Shown here: one piece after another, positions 1-13,687 of the stretch | Layout of the letters: each line of letters begins with the position of its first letter | How positions within the stretch are numbered: the stretch's first letter is position 1 | Virus record (IMG/VR): IMGVR_UViG_3300022227_000007 | Location: 1-45,448 of that record | From: a virus | Taxonomy: Duplodnaviria; Caudoviricetes | Strand: one strand, 5' to 3' | Length of the DNA stretch: 45,448 nucleotides | Made by a program: the position numbers and the translations under genes | The notes under the pieces: generated by a model | The model's database searches: none | The model's input: the letters and a program-made list of their open reading frames with translations, nothing else | What the model was told of the DNA's origin: nothing

Positions 1-1005
1 CTCCTTCTAATCCTGTGGGTCCAGATAGTCCTTCTAACCCTGTTGGTCCGGTATCTCCTTCTGCTCCTGTTGGTCCGGAAGCTCCAGTAGGAATGAACGT
101 AAATATAGCATCAGCTCCAGGCGCCGCTGGCGTACCTCCATCAACATTACTATCTACCCAGACAAAATAAAAGGGATCTCCTCCCGCGTTACTTCACCCT
201 GCACTAGATACATCCCAAATGTCATAATCATTAATCAATGGGGATGGCGAAGTAACATATAATTGCCCTCCATCATTAAAAGTAGCTAAGTAATTTGATA
301 TATCATTTCCACTAGAGTCCTCCTCACTTATTCGGAAATAACCACCACCTGCAGAAAAGTTATAATTTCCAGCACCTGGATTGGTCCCGTCATTGCGAGT
401 AGATGTAAAAAAGCCAATTGATAATCCTGTCTCACCTGTTGGTCCGGATAGTCCTTCTAACCCTGTGGGTCCGGACGCTCCTTCGAGTCCTGTTGGTCCG
501 GATAGTCCTTCTAACCCTGTTGGTCCGGAGGCTCCCTCAGTATTCGGAATGAATGTAAATGTAGCGTCGTCACCAATGTCTGCGGGTCAACCTCCATCAG
601 TATTTATGGATACAAAAACAGTATAATATTCATTGGGCACATTCCACAATATGCTTGTAACATCCCAAATCTGATAGTAATTAGATGGGTCAGATGGTTT
701 AGCAATTCATAATTGTCCTCCACCTGCAAAAGAAGCTAAGTAATTCACTATGTCATTTCCACTAGAGTCCCTGTCATCTATTCGCAAATAATCGGTTGTA
801 TTAACATCCGTGGTGTGATAGTTAAATTTATAAGCGCCCGGAGCGCCTCCACCACTCGAGCGAATCGAGTTAAAAAATCCAATTGACAATCCGGTCTCAC
901 CTGTTGGTCCGGAGAGTCCTTCTAACCCTGTTGGTCCGGAAGCTCCTTCTAAACCTGTTGGTCCGGTATCTCCTTCTGCTCCTGTTTCTCCTGTTGGACC
1001 TATCC
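1..1005 (-). repeat. Collagen G-X-Y tracts alternating with a duplicated ~110-aa globular module
   Basis: 9/27-bp units (e.g. ccttctaaccctgttggtccgga) at about 1-95, 430-545 and 895-1005. Two module copies at about 96-423 and 546-891 share DSSGNDIxNYLAxF..GGQL..IWDV..DAxFTFIP; the DNA tttccactagagtcc occurs in both. Confidence 0.85.
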
Positions 1006-2701
1006 GACCAACAACAGTTCAGTCTGCTATACCACTTGCTGATGTGATTTCCGCAATAAGAACATCGCCAGCTTCAACGGCCTCATCAAAAAAGACTCCA
1101 GCAGCCGTTACTGTATAAACATCACCTTTTGCAATTGTGCCCGGAGTAGTGTCCAAATCAGGGCTATTTGTAGCGGCATCATAACCGCCCTTATAACTCA
1201 TTTCACTTTCTAACGCATTAGCTAATACTTGATCTGCATAAGCTTCTGTTGCTATAGTTAAACCTGAAATAGTTGCAGGTCCATGCTCTACCGCTAGACC
1301 GGATGTTGTTATGGCGCCAGTACTAGTAGTAGAGCCAGCAGTGAGGTTGATGGCAGTAAGGTCTACTATAACACCGGAGTTCCATACCACCAAGTCAGCG
1401 GACTGTAGCTTTTTCACTGTTTGAATATCGCCTTCTGAAGCCAAATCACCTTCAATATCAAAATCGCCGGTTAGGGAGAGGTCATGACCATACATACTAG
1501 ATCCTGAAACATGAAGATTTCCAGTCTGCACTGAACTGTTGATTCTTACAAAATACTTCGCATTTATATCAAGAGGTTTGAAAGGGTTACTTGGAGGAGG
1601 TGGGTCGGCGCCTTCCTCAGTAATCCTTCCCTCTCCTTCAGTAAAATGTAAGCCAGATAATGTATTTATAGTAAGGCTAGAAGCAATTAAATCATCATCA
1701 GTATTGACGGTTAAAACGTTACCGGAACCGACCGTATGAATATTGGTTCCACCGGAAATAGTAAAGGTTTCACCGCCTGTAATGTTTAACGCGCCACCGG
1801 TGTCTCCTTGGAAGTCCAGGTCGGCATCGGTGATTTGGGCTTGGAGAGTTCCGGAAAGCGACGTAATCTCGGTATCCACATAAGTCTCGGTAGCAAGGGA
1901 TAAGCCGGAAAGTGTTGCAGGACCGTGTTCTATTGTGAGACCGGAGGCTGTTAATCCCTCAGTTATCTCTAAACTACCAGAAATCGTAGCGTCACCAGTA
2001 CGTGTACCATCCCATTCAGTAATAAGAGAGCTAACATTTGTTAGTCCAGATCCATCCCCCGTAAATGCTAGTGCATCAACAGTGCCCGATGCAGCAATGC
2101 CACTTACAGTTAGATCGCCCGCGATAGAAAGATGAGTAAGATCAGCAAATTCAATACCAGTTCCTATAGGATCTACTTTAAGAAACTGATCCGCTGTTCC
2201 TATTGTGGTAGGTGATAATGTCTTTCCTACATATTGGTAAACTGAAATTTTTGGTGGGTTAGCGCTGTCTACATTTGATGGTGGGCCATCATGGAAAATT
2301 AATGTTCCTGTTTCTGGATCATACGTTCAGTTATTTTGGCCTAAGGCAATAGGTGTTGAGCCATCAGATTCCCATAACTCATATTTATAGGTAGCTCACC
2401 CCCCTAAATCAAAATTAAAAGGTATGGTATTAGCTAGGTCTGCAGAGCGATATGACGCATCATCTGTGCCAATCACAACAGGCAATTCTTTTTTCTCCCA
2501 GTACTTAACAACTCCTAATGTTGCTTGATCAGCTAATGGTGGAGCCGCAGCAGGTATTGCTCCAGCTTCGATTCATATCTGAGTTCCATATACAAGCGAA
2601 CGTCCATTAAACGGCTCTTCAAAATATTTCCGTTCGTCATCAGTTAATGCCGTGCCTGCAAAAACTTTTTTAAATAAAAGATCTAGTTTATCGAGTGCCA
2701 T
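1..2701 (-). CDS. Collagen-repeat fibre/structural protein (>900 aa, runs off the left edge; TGA=Trp)
   Basis: ATG at 2701 overlaps the upstream TAA (TAATG). One frame joins track ORFs 1019..1879 and 707..889 through in-frame TGAs at 2573, 2396, 2327, 1019, 707, 587 and 194. Contains G-X-Y runs ([16 protein letters not shown]) and a [23 protein letters not shown] module typical of phage fibre proteins. Confidence 0.8.
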
Positions 2702-5700
2702 TAGCCTAGTTTCCATCCTGTAAATGAATTAGTGCCCGAACCATCTCAGCCCGAGCGAACATAAACATCGCCTGTTCTAGTAGCCTGACCAAAAGTGCAA
2801 CGACGGTCGTTAACATCAGATTCAGTTGTGTCTACACAAGCAGTTCCGTTATTAAAAGGATTTCCACCTCCGTAAGCTGCATTAGCATCTAATCAACCAG
2901 TGCCACTAGCTCCTACCACTTTTACAAAAATTTTAAAATTCTGAATATCAATATATCAACCGGTAGGCCAGCCGCCAGAATGACCTCCTAGGAACATAAG
3001 TCTAATTGATGAGGCGTCCGTTATAGATCCTACTTTTTGGCATATTCATCTCTCGTCATCAGTTATACTTGAATAGTCTGGCCCCTGTGGGAAATAGCCG
3101 GTTCAATCTGTTAGGAGAGAGGGGTAGGGGTGATGGAAATAAGCGCCTTTATAGAATGATTCGTTAACACCTCACCCGCTGACTAAAGATTGCTCTGAAT
3201 CATATTCAGCACCAAATTGAGTATCTCCACTTCCTTGAGAGGGGTAGTCACCTGATCCAGACCTTACACGAATATCCTCTTCATCATTTGAGCCATAATA
3301 CGATACTGCGTTATTATTTGTACTTCCATTTATACTCCAATTTGTAGTAATGGTACTTGAAGTCACAGCTCCTTGAGGCGTGGATCCTTTACAAGTAATA
3401 CTAGGATTTTTAGTGGCCTGTGCGTTTGAAGAAATTTCAATACCGTTACACACCGCCGCATAATCACCGGCAGGTAACCCTGAAGTTTCCGTTGGTGTGG
3501 CCACAGTAGATGATCTGCCCTCAATGACCGCGTGGCCTATGGCCTCTGCATTGTAGAAATCGCCAACTGCATTTTCAACCGTAAACGTAACATCAAACGA
3601 AGTTCCCGTAAATAGGTATGGAACACCGCTTCAATATTGTATAACCTCAGTAACACCACCATTTCCGCCAACTAGAGTCTTATCTGCTATGTGAAGTGCT
3701 GGTGCTTCGCTAATATAAATCTGTTTTGAGGCAGATCCAGTTACAGAATGTTCTAATTTATATTCGTATGGAGTTGCTTGTGGGGTAATCGCGATATCCT
3801 GCTCTACACGTGCGGTAAGCTGTTTATAAAATCCAGCACTTCCAGCAACACCATCATAAGGGTCTTCATCGTCAATAATATTTAAAGTTATATTATTTGT
3901 CGTGTTTTCTTGTCCGGTCTCATCTGCAGTGGATAATGTAATAGAGCCTCCTGTAACTGCATACGTAGAACCTCCATCATTACTTCTATAGGCAGTTAAA
4001 ATTCCCTCATCTCCGTCAAGAAAATCGGAGACTTGAAAACGTGGAGTAGTATCAGTAGTAACATTAGTATGACTTACTCCATCACTAGCTGTTCTAGCAC
4101 TAAACACTGTTGTGCCATAATAAGCCAGGCTCAGCTCTGATAAATAGGAAGGGGCCTCAGGTGCAAGTAAGGACATAGTTTCATTTAAATTATCTATTGC
4201 ATCTGTAATTGTTGTGCTTGTTTCGAAGGGAAATAATCCATCTGATAAATCTGTATCAGCTGGGGTACCGAGAGTAATCTCTGAGCCTAATAAACCTGCT
4301 CCCCCAACTTGTAAATCTTCTGTATAAAGTGTACCTCAGGGCTTAGTTGGACTACCTAAATCATAACTACCGCTTGCCGTAGGAGTAACGTCGCCTCCTG
4401 TATGTACGTCACCACTATTTTTTACTCGAAAAATTTCGGTAGCAGGGATGCCGTAACCTTGGCCAGGCTCATAAGGTGGTCTAGCGCCACTTGTTGAAAT
4501 AGTAAAATCACCGGCTCCATCATGCACTGAGTTACCATACATTATAGAGTCGAGAACAATATCAAATCCATATCCAGATCTTATATATGGGCCATGATGG
4601 GAGAGTTCGCCTCCCTGGAAATGAGCTAGTCCTGATATTGAGTCACCATAAATAGATACGCCATGAGAAACAGTAAGTGATCTCCACCGATAATCAAAAT
4701 TGCCTAAAGCATAACTGTCGTTTGAGTCTGGATCCAGACCCGGCAGAAGATGAGAATCAACCTTATCGTTGACATTTAATGTTTCTATATAAAGTGTATC
4801 TCAAGGATACGTAGGGCTACCCAAATTATATGTACCGCTAACTTCTGGTACAATGTGTGAGTCTACATCTGCTACAAACGTGACTGTATCAGTAGGCATA
4901 TCGCCAAAAGTTAGATTGCCAACAACTGTTGCATTTCCCGCGACATTTAAATTTCCAGGCACGGTCAAATGTAATCCGTCCTCCAAAACAGCAATATCAC
5001 CGGTTATTCCAGCTGGAAGTGTGATAGTATCATTAGTAGTCGCTTCATCAAACATGAGCTGGGTGCTGCCCAGTTTTGCGGTTAGCACAGCGCCGGAACC
5101 TGTGCCGCCAGGATTAGTAAGTATAACCGTAGGTGTAGATGTATACCCTGAGCCGGGCTCCGTTATTGTAACGCTACTAATCACTCCGCCAAACTGTGTT
5201 GCCGTAGCCTGTGCTGGCCCGGTGTTATCCCCCCAAATTGTTACAACTAATGTACCAGTGCCGTAGCCAGAACCACCATAATCTATCACAATATCGGATA
5301 ACTTTGTACTTTGGTAAGTTGATATACCTCTAAATACAGGAGTATTTAAAGTAAGTAAGGTTATATATTTATCGCCGCCAGATTCTCGTATTACATCATC
5401 GTGCAGTCCAAACATAACTATGTGGTTAGGAAAAAAGGAGGGATCTTGGTAGCCTTGACTGTATATACCATTAGTGGCCGAAAACCCTAGTCCATTATTC
5501 TGAAGTTCACTTAAGGTAGGGTCAATCTGCCATCAGTTCCCGCCGCCCGTGTCTATAGATCCCATTCCCGAGGTTGTTGCATAAAGTTTTAGGGGATCTG
5601 TAACTATGCCGCCATCAACCTCTATGCTGGTAGCAGTTAATGTGCCAACATTTAGAATATCTTGGTCACTAGCATCAAGGGACGATGTTAGATATCCGCC

Positions 5701-5751
5701 ACTAGCTGTAACAACTTGTTCACTCAGCTGATGAATTTTAACTACGGGCAT
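2701..5751 (-). CDS. Large virion fibre-like protein, 1016 aa (TGA=Trp)
   Basis: Track ORFs 5533..5751, 4801..5415, 4336..4542, 3631..4176 and 3172..3504 share one frame and are joined by TGAs; TAA at 2701. Has YxLGS....W..LY repeats and a GSGYTSTPTV ITxxGSGY-type repeat. The C-terminal half is paralogous to 7645..9909. Confidence 0.8.
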
Positions 5752-5754
5752 TGG

Positions 5755-6207
5755 CTACTCCGTCTTTGGCTGAGGTGCTTTTTGTTTTTCCTTTGATAAA
5801 GCTTTTTTAGCACGAGAGACTAGGATGGCTTCTGCAACGGGCCGAGGTTTTTTGGAACGAGACGTTTTTATTTCCTCAAACGCTTCCTTATAGCCCTTTT
5901 TAAAGTATTCTAGTTTAGCATCTTGTACGGCATTCAGACGCTCTTCAGTGAGTATGTCACTTTGAGCGTCTCATGCCGTATTTGCCTGAGCAATAATTGC
6001 ACGAAGCCTTACAAGATCTTCTCTAGCCTGCGATGCTCGACCTTCAAGTGTCGCAGCTGTTTTTTCAGCCATCTCATACTGAACCTTTAATGCATGTAAA
6101 CTTTTTGTAGTCTCTTGTTGTCGTTCAACTAAAGTTTCAACATCTTGATTAAAATCCTTAAAAAGCTCCTCAACCTGTATAAGCACATCAGTTTTTTGAA
6201 TTATCAT
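5755..6207 (-). CDS. Coiled-coil hypothetical protein, 150 aa
   Basis: Track ORF 5971..6207 reads through TGA to TAG at 5755; heptad-like helix with a basic tail. Confidence 0.7.
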
Positions 6208-6241
6208 TATTAATATATGGTTAGAGTTATACTACATTAAT

Positions 6242-7597
6242 TTAAACAGCCACAGCGGCTCTCATTGGTCCGGTTAAAACTACTTCATCCGCCCCGTCAA
6301 CTATAAAATCCAAAGCAGCACAATCAAAGACACACTCAACATACCCATTGTTATCATTCACATAATCCTTAAGTGATGTAATAGCACTGGGCTCAATGTT
6401 TAACCCATTAATCGTACATGTATACTCATGTTTATTCATTGTACCTTTAGAGCCAAGTGTTGGATTTGCACTAGTTGAAAACTGGTCTGCTGCTAAAACA
6501 CCACTCCATAGAACTGTTTGTGCGCCCCCAGCCTCTGCACCTATACTAAACTCGGGTTGATGTAACATATTATCGACATATGACATAACCTTTCGTGCAA
6601 CTTCATTTACATGATTAATCACACCAAACGAAGTTGGAAGTGTATCATGCGCACTGTCACTCATTGTACCACCAGCAGCTTGTGTTGTAATGGATGTAAG
6701 TGCAGTACTACTATTGAGTACTATTGAAGTACCAGCATCAAAAGTCGCACAACTAAGTGCATTGGTTATTGAACCACTAGCTGCACTTACTGCACCAGTG
6801 GAAGTAATACCTCCAGTAACGCTCACTTCTCCAGTTGCGCTAATTCCAGACGATGTAATGTGTCCAGAATGGAAACGTGCATCTTTATTCTGGTAACGTG
6901 CTGCCCAATAAGAATTCTCAAATGAACCATCAGCCCCTTTATTAAAGAGCCATTGTGGAGCATTAGTTCCAGTATTACCTGTATCTCCAACAATAAACCC
7001 TGATTGTGCACTGTTTGCAAGACTGTTTTCTACACCATCAACAAAGTTCAGGTCTAAAATCGCATCTTCTAGCTGTACTTGAGCAACATCCAATATAGCT
7101 GTTTGACCAGCAAGATCAAGACTACCACCTATATATACACGGCCCTGTAAACTATCTACATAGAATACATCATTTGTGCCATCTCCAGTAATGGATAGAC
7201 GAGAAGCGCTTCTATTATACTCTCAAGTCTCACCATTTCCTTCAGTGGACATATTAGTCGCCCAATCAATACCATTAGCTTCGCTTGCGTTATTTAAAAT
7301 GAGTTTGTCATCATTAGGTATGGAATATACTTGGTATTCACCAGCTGTAAAGTTAGTGTAACCTCCATTATCTGGAAAGTTGATTTTTACAACTTCATTG
7401 TCACTATTAAATAATGACGTTAATCCGTGACCTGCCATGGCTACTTCGATACGATTTGATGTACCATCGGAAAAGTTCCCGGACATTGTACCCGTATAAC
7501 TTGCATCTTTGGTTCAGCGCATTTCACTGCTATCTTTCCCATCAAATACAATATCATCGGTATTTTTTATTTGTCTACTTAGATCAAGTAAAGGCAT
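6242..7597 (-). CDS. Structural/fibre-associated protein, 451 aa
   Basis: GGAGG RBS precedes ATG 7597 (MPLLDLSRQIK). Joins track ORFs 7223..7486 and 6242..7093. The EDAILDLN...SGFIVG beta-rich segment resembles phage fibre proteins. Confidence 0.7.
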
Positions 7598-7644
7598 TTT
7601 TTACCTCCTATTTTTATTTCTTAAACTATAAGCTTAAATTCAGT

Positions 7645-9909
7645 TTATAGATCCAAAGTTACTGTACGAAATGCTCGAGTGTTCGAATCCTCTGGATCTG
7701 TTCCTCCATCCTGCCACCCTATTCTAACTCAGACATCTCCTGTACGTTGAGTCACTAAATTACATATTCGTGCATTTTCATTACTCATGGCTGCTGCAAC
7801 ACACGCATCCCCATCTGTTACTGGAGTACCTGTGCTATATGCTGCATTCGCATCTAACCAGCCTGTGACGGACGTAGCTGGATCACCTGCAGCAGTTATT
7901 TTAACCCAAATCTTACAACTATCTGACGTTTGCTCTCAACCACTATCAAAACCGCTTATATCCTTAAAAAGCAATGTTAAGAGAGTCGTTGTCTTAATCG
8001 CACCTAATTTCTGACACCATCATCGCATGTCCACTACATCATAGTAATAGTCAGGTCCGGCCGGATTACAACTTGAATAGTCGAAAGGGGCCGGGTAATG
8101 AAATTTGTTATTAGAATATTGTAACTCTTCAGTATATGGCCATGATGCTCCGCCAGACACAAGTTCCTCAGTTGAATCTCACGAGCCTCCAAAATCTGCG
8201 TTGCCTCTTCCAGCTATACCATACTCGGGATATCCAGAAGCGCCCATACCACCGGCTCTAACACGTTCCTTCGATTCCACTCTACTTCTACTATCAATAG
8301 CAAAATTGGTTGCTAATGAAGTGGTGTGTATAGGATATTGGTTTAAACCGTACCAACTGGTATCAGCTGGGTAACCCTCATACGTAATAGATGGATTAAT
8401 TGCATACGCATCAGTATGAACTGCAACTCCAGAACACACAGAAGAATAATCGCCCGATGAAACTGCACTACCTGCTGATTGGTCTAATCCGAGATCAGTG
8501 CACCCACTAATTAGTGTTCTGCCAATCGCTGTTGAATTATAATAAAACTGGCTAACACCACTTACTACAGTAAAACTCGTTCCATAATGTGAGCCTTTAC
8601 CGAGATAAGGGACCCCACTTAAATAGCGGGTATTGGCAGATATATAATCTAAAGTATTATCTTTTACTTCCACATTTTGTTCATCAACTTTATATACAGT
8701 ATAAGAAGCAGTTCCCGTTAAGCTATGTCGCAATTCGTATTTAGTTCCGTATGGAGCTCCAGTAAATGTTCATAAGGGCCATGTATCTACTATTGCTGCC
8801 GTTAATTCTCAATAGACTCCACTATTAACAGTATTAGCCCAGGGATCAGTATCCGACGTGATAATCAAGTCAGGCGTATGGAGATTACCCGGATAATGTC
8901 CTATATCACCAGACCCAGATGGGGCATTACCTGACGTCAGTACGCAAGATCCTCCTTCGATTGACGAGTAACCTATATGCTCACGTCAAGCAGTTAATGT
9001 TCCCGCCTGGCCATTATAAAAATTATGAACGGCAAAAAAAGGATTAGTAGAATAGGCGCCAACTGCTCCCTCTCTAACTGATAACTGCTCCGTAGTTTGA
9101 AATTCTGATTCACCATACATGGTTCCTGCTCCTTGTAAAGTCCCTGCTAAATTATAAACGCCCCCTGGTATAGTTATATGGCCTGGATAACTCTCTCCCA
9201 GAAACATAACACTAGCACCTAAAGTTATAGGTTTATTTATAGTATCAAAAACGTCACTATATTCAACTCCCTTTGCCACTCTTTCACCAAAATTTTGAAT
9301 ATAATCCTGCGAGAGTTTAGTATATGTTAAGTCATTTAAAGTGCTCATAAGTGGGCTCGGTGCTACGCTTTGGCTGTGCACTGAAGCTAGGCCTGAATAC
9401 ACTGCAACACCACTTACTTCTACTCCATCCATAGCATCAGCTATAGCGGCAAGCTCAAATACAGTTATATTCTCTTTACTGGGCTCAAAAGTTTTTAGCC
9501 GGGATTCTTCAGAAATCATAAATGCTGCCCCGCTATACGTTGTATAAAAGCCGCTGCCCGTTGTCAAAATACAGTCTCCGGTCCCTTCCATAAGTCGATT
9601 TCGTAGTACTTCCGGAAGTAAAAAATGGCTATATTCTGGTTGTTCCACACATAGATCTCGTATAGTATTTATATCGTTCATATTAATACCAGGAATTGCC
9701 TTAATATCTTCTAACGTTTTGTTAGGAGTTTTATTTATCTGTGCTCACAGCTCAGGTTTATTTATTCTAACATCTTCTAGGATATCAATATACTTCTCTC
9801 TAATTGCATAATTATATGAATTACCTGGCAACTCGTTTTCTTTAACGCCCTCGGCAATTAACTTTGGATCATTATGTCGTGATCCTTTTGCTTTTCGTGT
9901 TATCGCCAT
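7645..9909 (-). CDS. Large structural protein, 754 aa; C-terminal half paralogous to 2701..5751
   Basis: GGAG RBS and ATG 9909. Joins track ORFs 8986..9681 and 8179..8733; TAA at 7645. Shares SGVPYL..G..F/Y...FTV, RVRxGxG..P and TGWLDANAAY with the paralog. Confidence 0.75.
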
Positions 9910-9921
9910 AATTCTTCTCCC

Positions 9922-10341
9922 TTATTGTTTTTGATAATAAATGCCAATATTATCAGTTTTTAATATATTTATCGTTCCACCGTTATCTGTGTCGTGGACA
10001 ACTATACTTCTCGTCTCAAGATGAAAATCAGTTGGTCCAACACTGTCTGATTGGTCCGTATGTGATAAGTAATACATCCCATTTATCACAAGTAATACGG
10101 AGCCGTTTAAAACTTTAGCACTAGGGATATCCTCATCAAAACTAGTTAATTGAAACTCAGCTCCTAATGTATGTGCGATGAAAGTTTCGCCTGTATGTTT
10201 TTCATAGAAAAGCGCATTTTGAAACAACATCATTGAATTAATACGTGCTTCCAATTCAAGATCATTTGTATTTCACTTGTTGCGCCCAGTGTTAAAATTA
10301 TCATTCAACTCCACTGGTTTTATTGGTACATTAATTGGCAT
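9922..10341 (-). CDS. Small structural protein, 139 aa
   Basis: ATG 10341 (MPINVPIKPVELNDNFNTGRNKW) is in frame with track ORF 9922..10254 via one TGA. Confidence 0.65.
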
Positions 10342-13300
10342 TTATATCATATACCTTATCTTCTAATGCAATTAAACTACATTGTGCACTTTGTTCAACT
10401 ACAAAACCTTTTTTTTCTACACTTCTTACTGCTCTGACAGCTCATCGTTTATTAGATTCATCAACAATTACATCCCTTACTTTCAAAGGGGGATAATTTA
10501 GCATGGTTAATAAAGAGTCTGATGGGCGTCATTCGCCATACATTGTTATTTGATTATATTTTGGTGAAGGATTCATCATTCCTGTAACTGATAATGCGGC
10601 AAAATAGCCATCTGCTCACCCAGTTCCATGACATTCAGCACAATCGTCTCAGCGTATTCGCATTAAGGTAGAATCTCAACATAAACTGCAACGCGTTCCA
10701 AATGTACGACGCTTTAAAATTTTAAAGGACCTCCCAGAAAATCTTTCTAATATAAGAGCTTTACGACGTAAAATTTCGATACAATATGTGTCGGCACTCT
10801 CATCGCGCAAGTACCCAGCCGGTGTTGGTCCTATATCGGGATCTCCATCGCTCGCTGGCATTGCAGATGATTGCGCATCAGTTTTAAGGTTCGCCCCATA
10901 GCTAAAAAAGGGCTCAGTTCCATCTACAATAGTCAATGCATGCTTCGTTTCAAATTTTGGACTAGTGCCAGTAAAGCTACCAGCATGAAGTCCTGGCGAA
11001 GCAGAATCTGCTAACGTTCCATCAAATTGTCATCATGCTACTATACCAGAATCACTAGATCTATCAGCGCCCGGACCTTCTGCAAATACTGTTGGAACTG
11101 ATGATGATGCTATATTATATAACGCCACGGAGTCAATAGATCCTGAAAACGCTCCTAGCCCGGCCCCGTCAACTGCTCCAAATAATATGGAGTTACTATT
11201 ATTACTATTAATAACCTGTCCCGCTGTAGCAAAGTCCTCTAAAATACCATTTACATATAGTTTTATATCTAAACCATCACAAACCGCAGCAAAATGGTAC
11301 CATTGCTGTGTCGCTAAAGCAATATTGCTAATAAGACTTACTGATGACCCTACATCAGCACGTGTAAATACTACATTACGATTACTATCTAATGTCACTG
11401 TTCAGCCAACCCCTGTTCCGGAATTATATTTACTAATAACAGCTTGGTTCCATGTATCCTCGTCTTTCCGTATTCACCCTGACACTGAAAAATTCGTAAA
11501 AATAAAATTGGTATGATGAGCCGCTGTAACATGCCCAGGGTTACTAAAAGGTTGTAATAACAACGCTGTCCGGTCTGTATCAAATTTTGGTCCACCACTA
11601 AGAAGTCCCGGACTGCCAGCAAATTCTGAAACTATAATATCATCAAAAGTAGCTAAACTTGTATGACTGATACTACTGCTATTAAGCAGTCAGAGATAAG
11701 TAACTGCACTTGTTGCTCTAAAATAAAATTTATATTGCGCCCAATCCAGTGTAGATGCCACAGTTCGTCCATGAACAAAATTTGCGCCAGTTTGAGTATT
11801 ACTTGTGTCTGACTTTGTTATTCGTGCTTGTAACGTACTACTGTTTGTATCAGTGTGCATATAATATGCAACTTTATACACTTTTCCAATAGTTGTAGAA
11901 AAGCTCCTATAAACGTGCGTATCGGTCGTATCGGATGTCGATACTGTTTGAGAAGAACTCCCAGCATATGGAGCTGTAGTCTCTTCTAAAGTAATTGGTG
12001 TGCCAGTAACTGATCAACCTGAGGCTACACCATTTGTATATGTACCCTCCATATCTGCATTAACTATAGCAGTTAATGTTGTATCCACTTGATCCGCAAC
12101 TACGGAGTTCGGACCTTCTGCGCTTAAATAGCCTAAATCATCTTCTACTCCGTCTCCCATTCTCCAATAACCAGCCAACCCCGACATCGATGGAACATCT
12201 GCAAAAGTACTTGTATATAAGTTTTCGACCTCGATTGCTGAAAGCGCTTTATCGTTAAATATTGCAACCTCGTCAATGCCACCATTCCATGGCTTATCAT
12301 CATGCCCATTGCTGCCTATTACTGCAGAGCCCGTATGTCCTGTAACAGCTTGGATACCATGCCCAGTATTAGTTTGCCGTAATACCCCATCAATATAAAG
12401 ATATCAGGTCATATCATCTATCACAGCAGCCACGTGATGCCAACTTCCATCATTTCAACCAACACCATTATTATTATCTGTTAATCATACATGTTCCGAA
12501 TTGGCCTGATTTCGTGCAAGAAATCCTAAATAGCCCGCAAGGACATTATTTGAATTGTCAGTATTTGCAATCAGTGAGAATAATGAGCTAGGTGCGATAT
12601 GGGAAGGGTTTCGATCAATTGCGACTGCATATGTTACTGCATTCCCATAGTCTGTTTTAATTCATGCACTAATACTAACTTTGCTTACAGGACCTTTGAT
12701 CAATGCGTTGCTTGGGCCCACATTGAGATATCCACGTGCTCATCCTGTAGTAGCCTGTGCATCCTCACCGTGAAGGTCTAAAAAATATTGATTTGACTGT
12801 GCACTTTCTATAGGCCAATACCCAGCTAGGCCAGTCATTCCTGTTAAATTTTTTACATAGGCTCCCGCTGTTAATTCAGCAACATCAACAATAGTATTAA
12901 AAATTGCTACTTGATCGATTAATGCTGTTGCATATTTTATAGTTGAATCTACGGTTCTTCGTCGTCCAAGATCAAGATCACAATTGCTCGCGAATATAGA
13001 GCCTGGAATTGTGCCGGAAATCAAACCGTCACTTACCGTACCGTCTATATAAACTTGTAATAAAGTTGAGGGAGTAAATGTAGCAACAATATGATGCCAG
13101 TTTGTATCGACTATTGAAGTTGCAGAAGTTCGTGTCGCGTAATTAACAGTACCGCCATCCCATGATACTGAAATTTGAACCTTATTACTAGAATTTATGC
13201 CAAATCATACGCTCCTATTATCATTACCAGTATCTGTGTATCACTTGGCTAAAACTGTGTCCTCAGCACCAGTAGCACTTCGTTTTATTCAGGCAGAGAG

Positions 13301-13687
13301 GGTAAAGGATGTCTCAGCGGGGAATAGTGTATTATCACTGTCATGGATGACAGCATAATCTAGGTGTGCAGCATTTAAATTTAATGAGGAAAAGTTGTCA
13401 TTAGTCCCTATAGTCCGGGCTTCAACTTTCAATTTATAAAATCATGTGCGATACGGATCATATAAATTAGCGATACCAGTATCAACATAGCCAAAATCAT
13501 TAGCGGACAGTCCTGAGACCACCATATCATAGCCTGATAGATCATCTCCTCCCACTCCTGGTGATTCAGACCGTCAAACAGATACAACAAAATCCGACAA
13601 GGTCTCTTTTGTAGGCTCAAACTCTCACGTAATATTTCGAGAATCTACATTTGAGATTGAAACATCAACATCCTTAATACTCAACAT
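10331..13687 (-). CDS. Putative neck/head-completion protein with three LamG domains and a CBM-like domain, 1118 aa
   Basis: One frame joins five track ORFs. LamG signatures: FTLSAWIK..WHHIVATF..VYIDG, WHHVAAV..LYIDG and FSVSGWIR..WYHFAAV..LYVNG. C-terminus GTRCSLCWD..CAECHGTGWADGY. Lies in the neck-gene position just downstream of the capsid genes. Confidence 0.75.

Noticed and set aside
1-1005. 27-bp repeats as a CRISPR array
   Set aside because: Tandem, in-frame G-X-Y collagen codons with no unique spacers and no cas genes.
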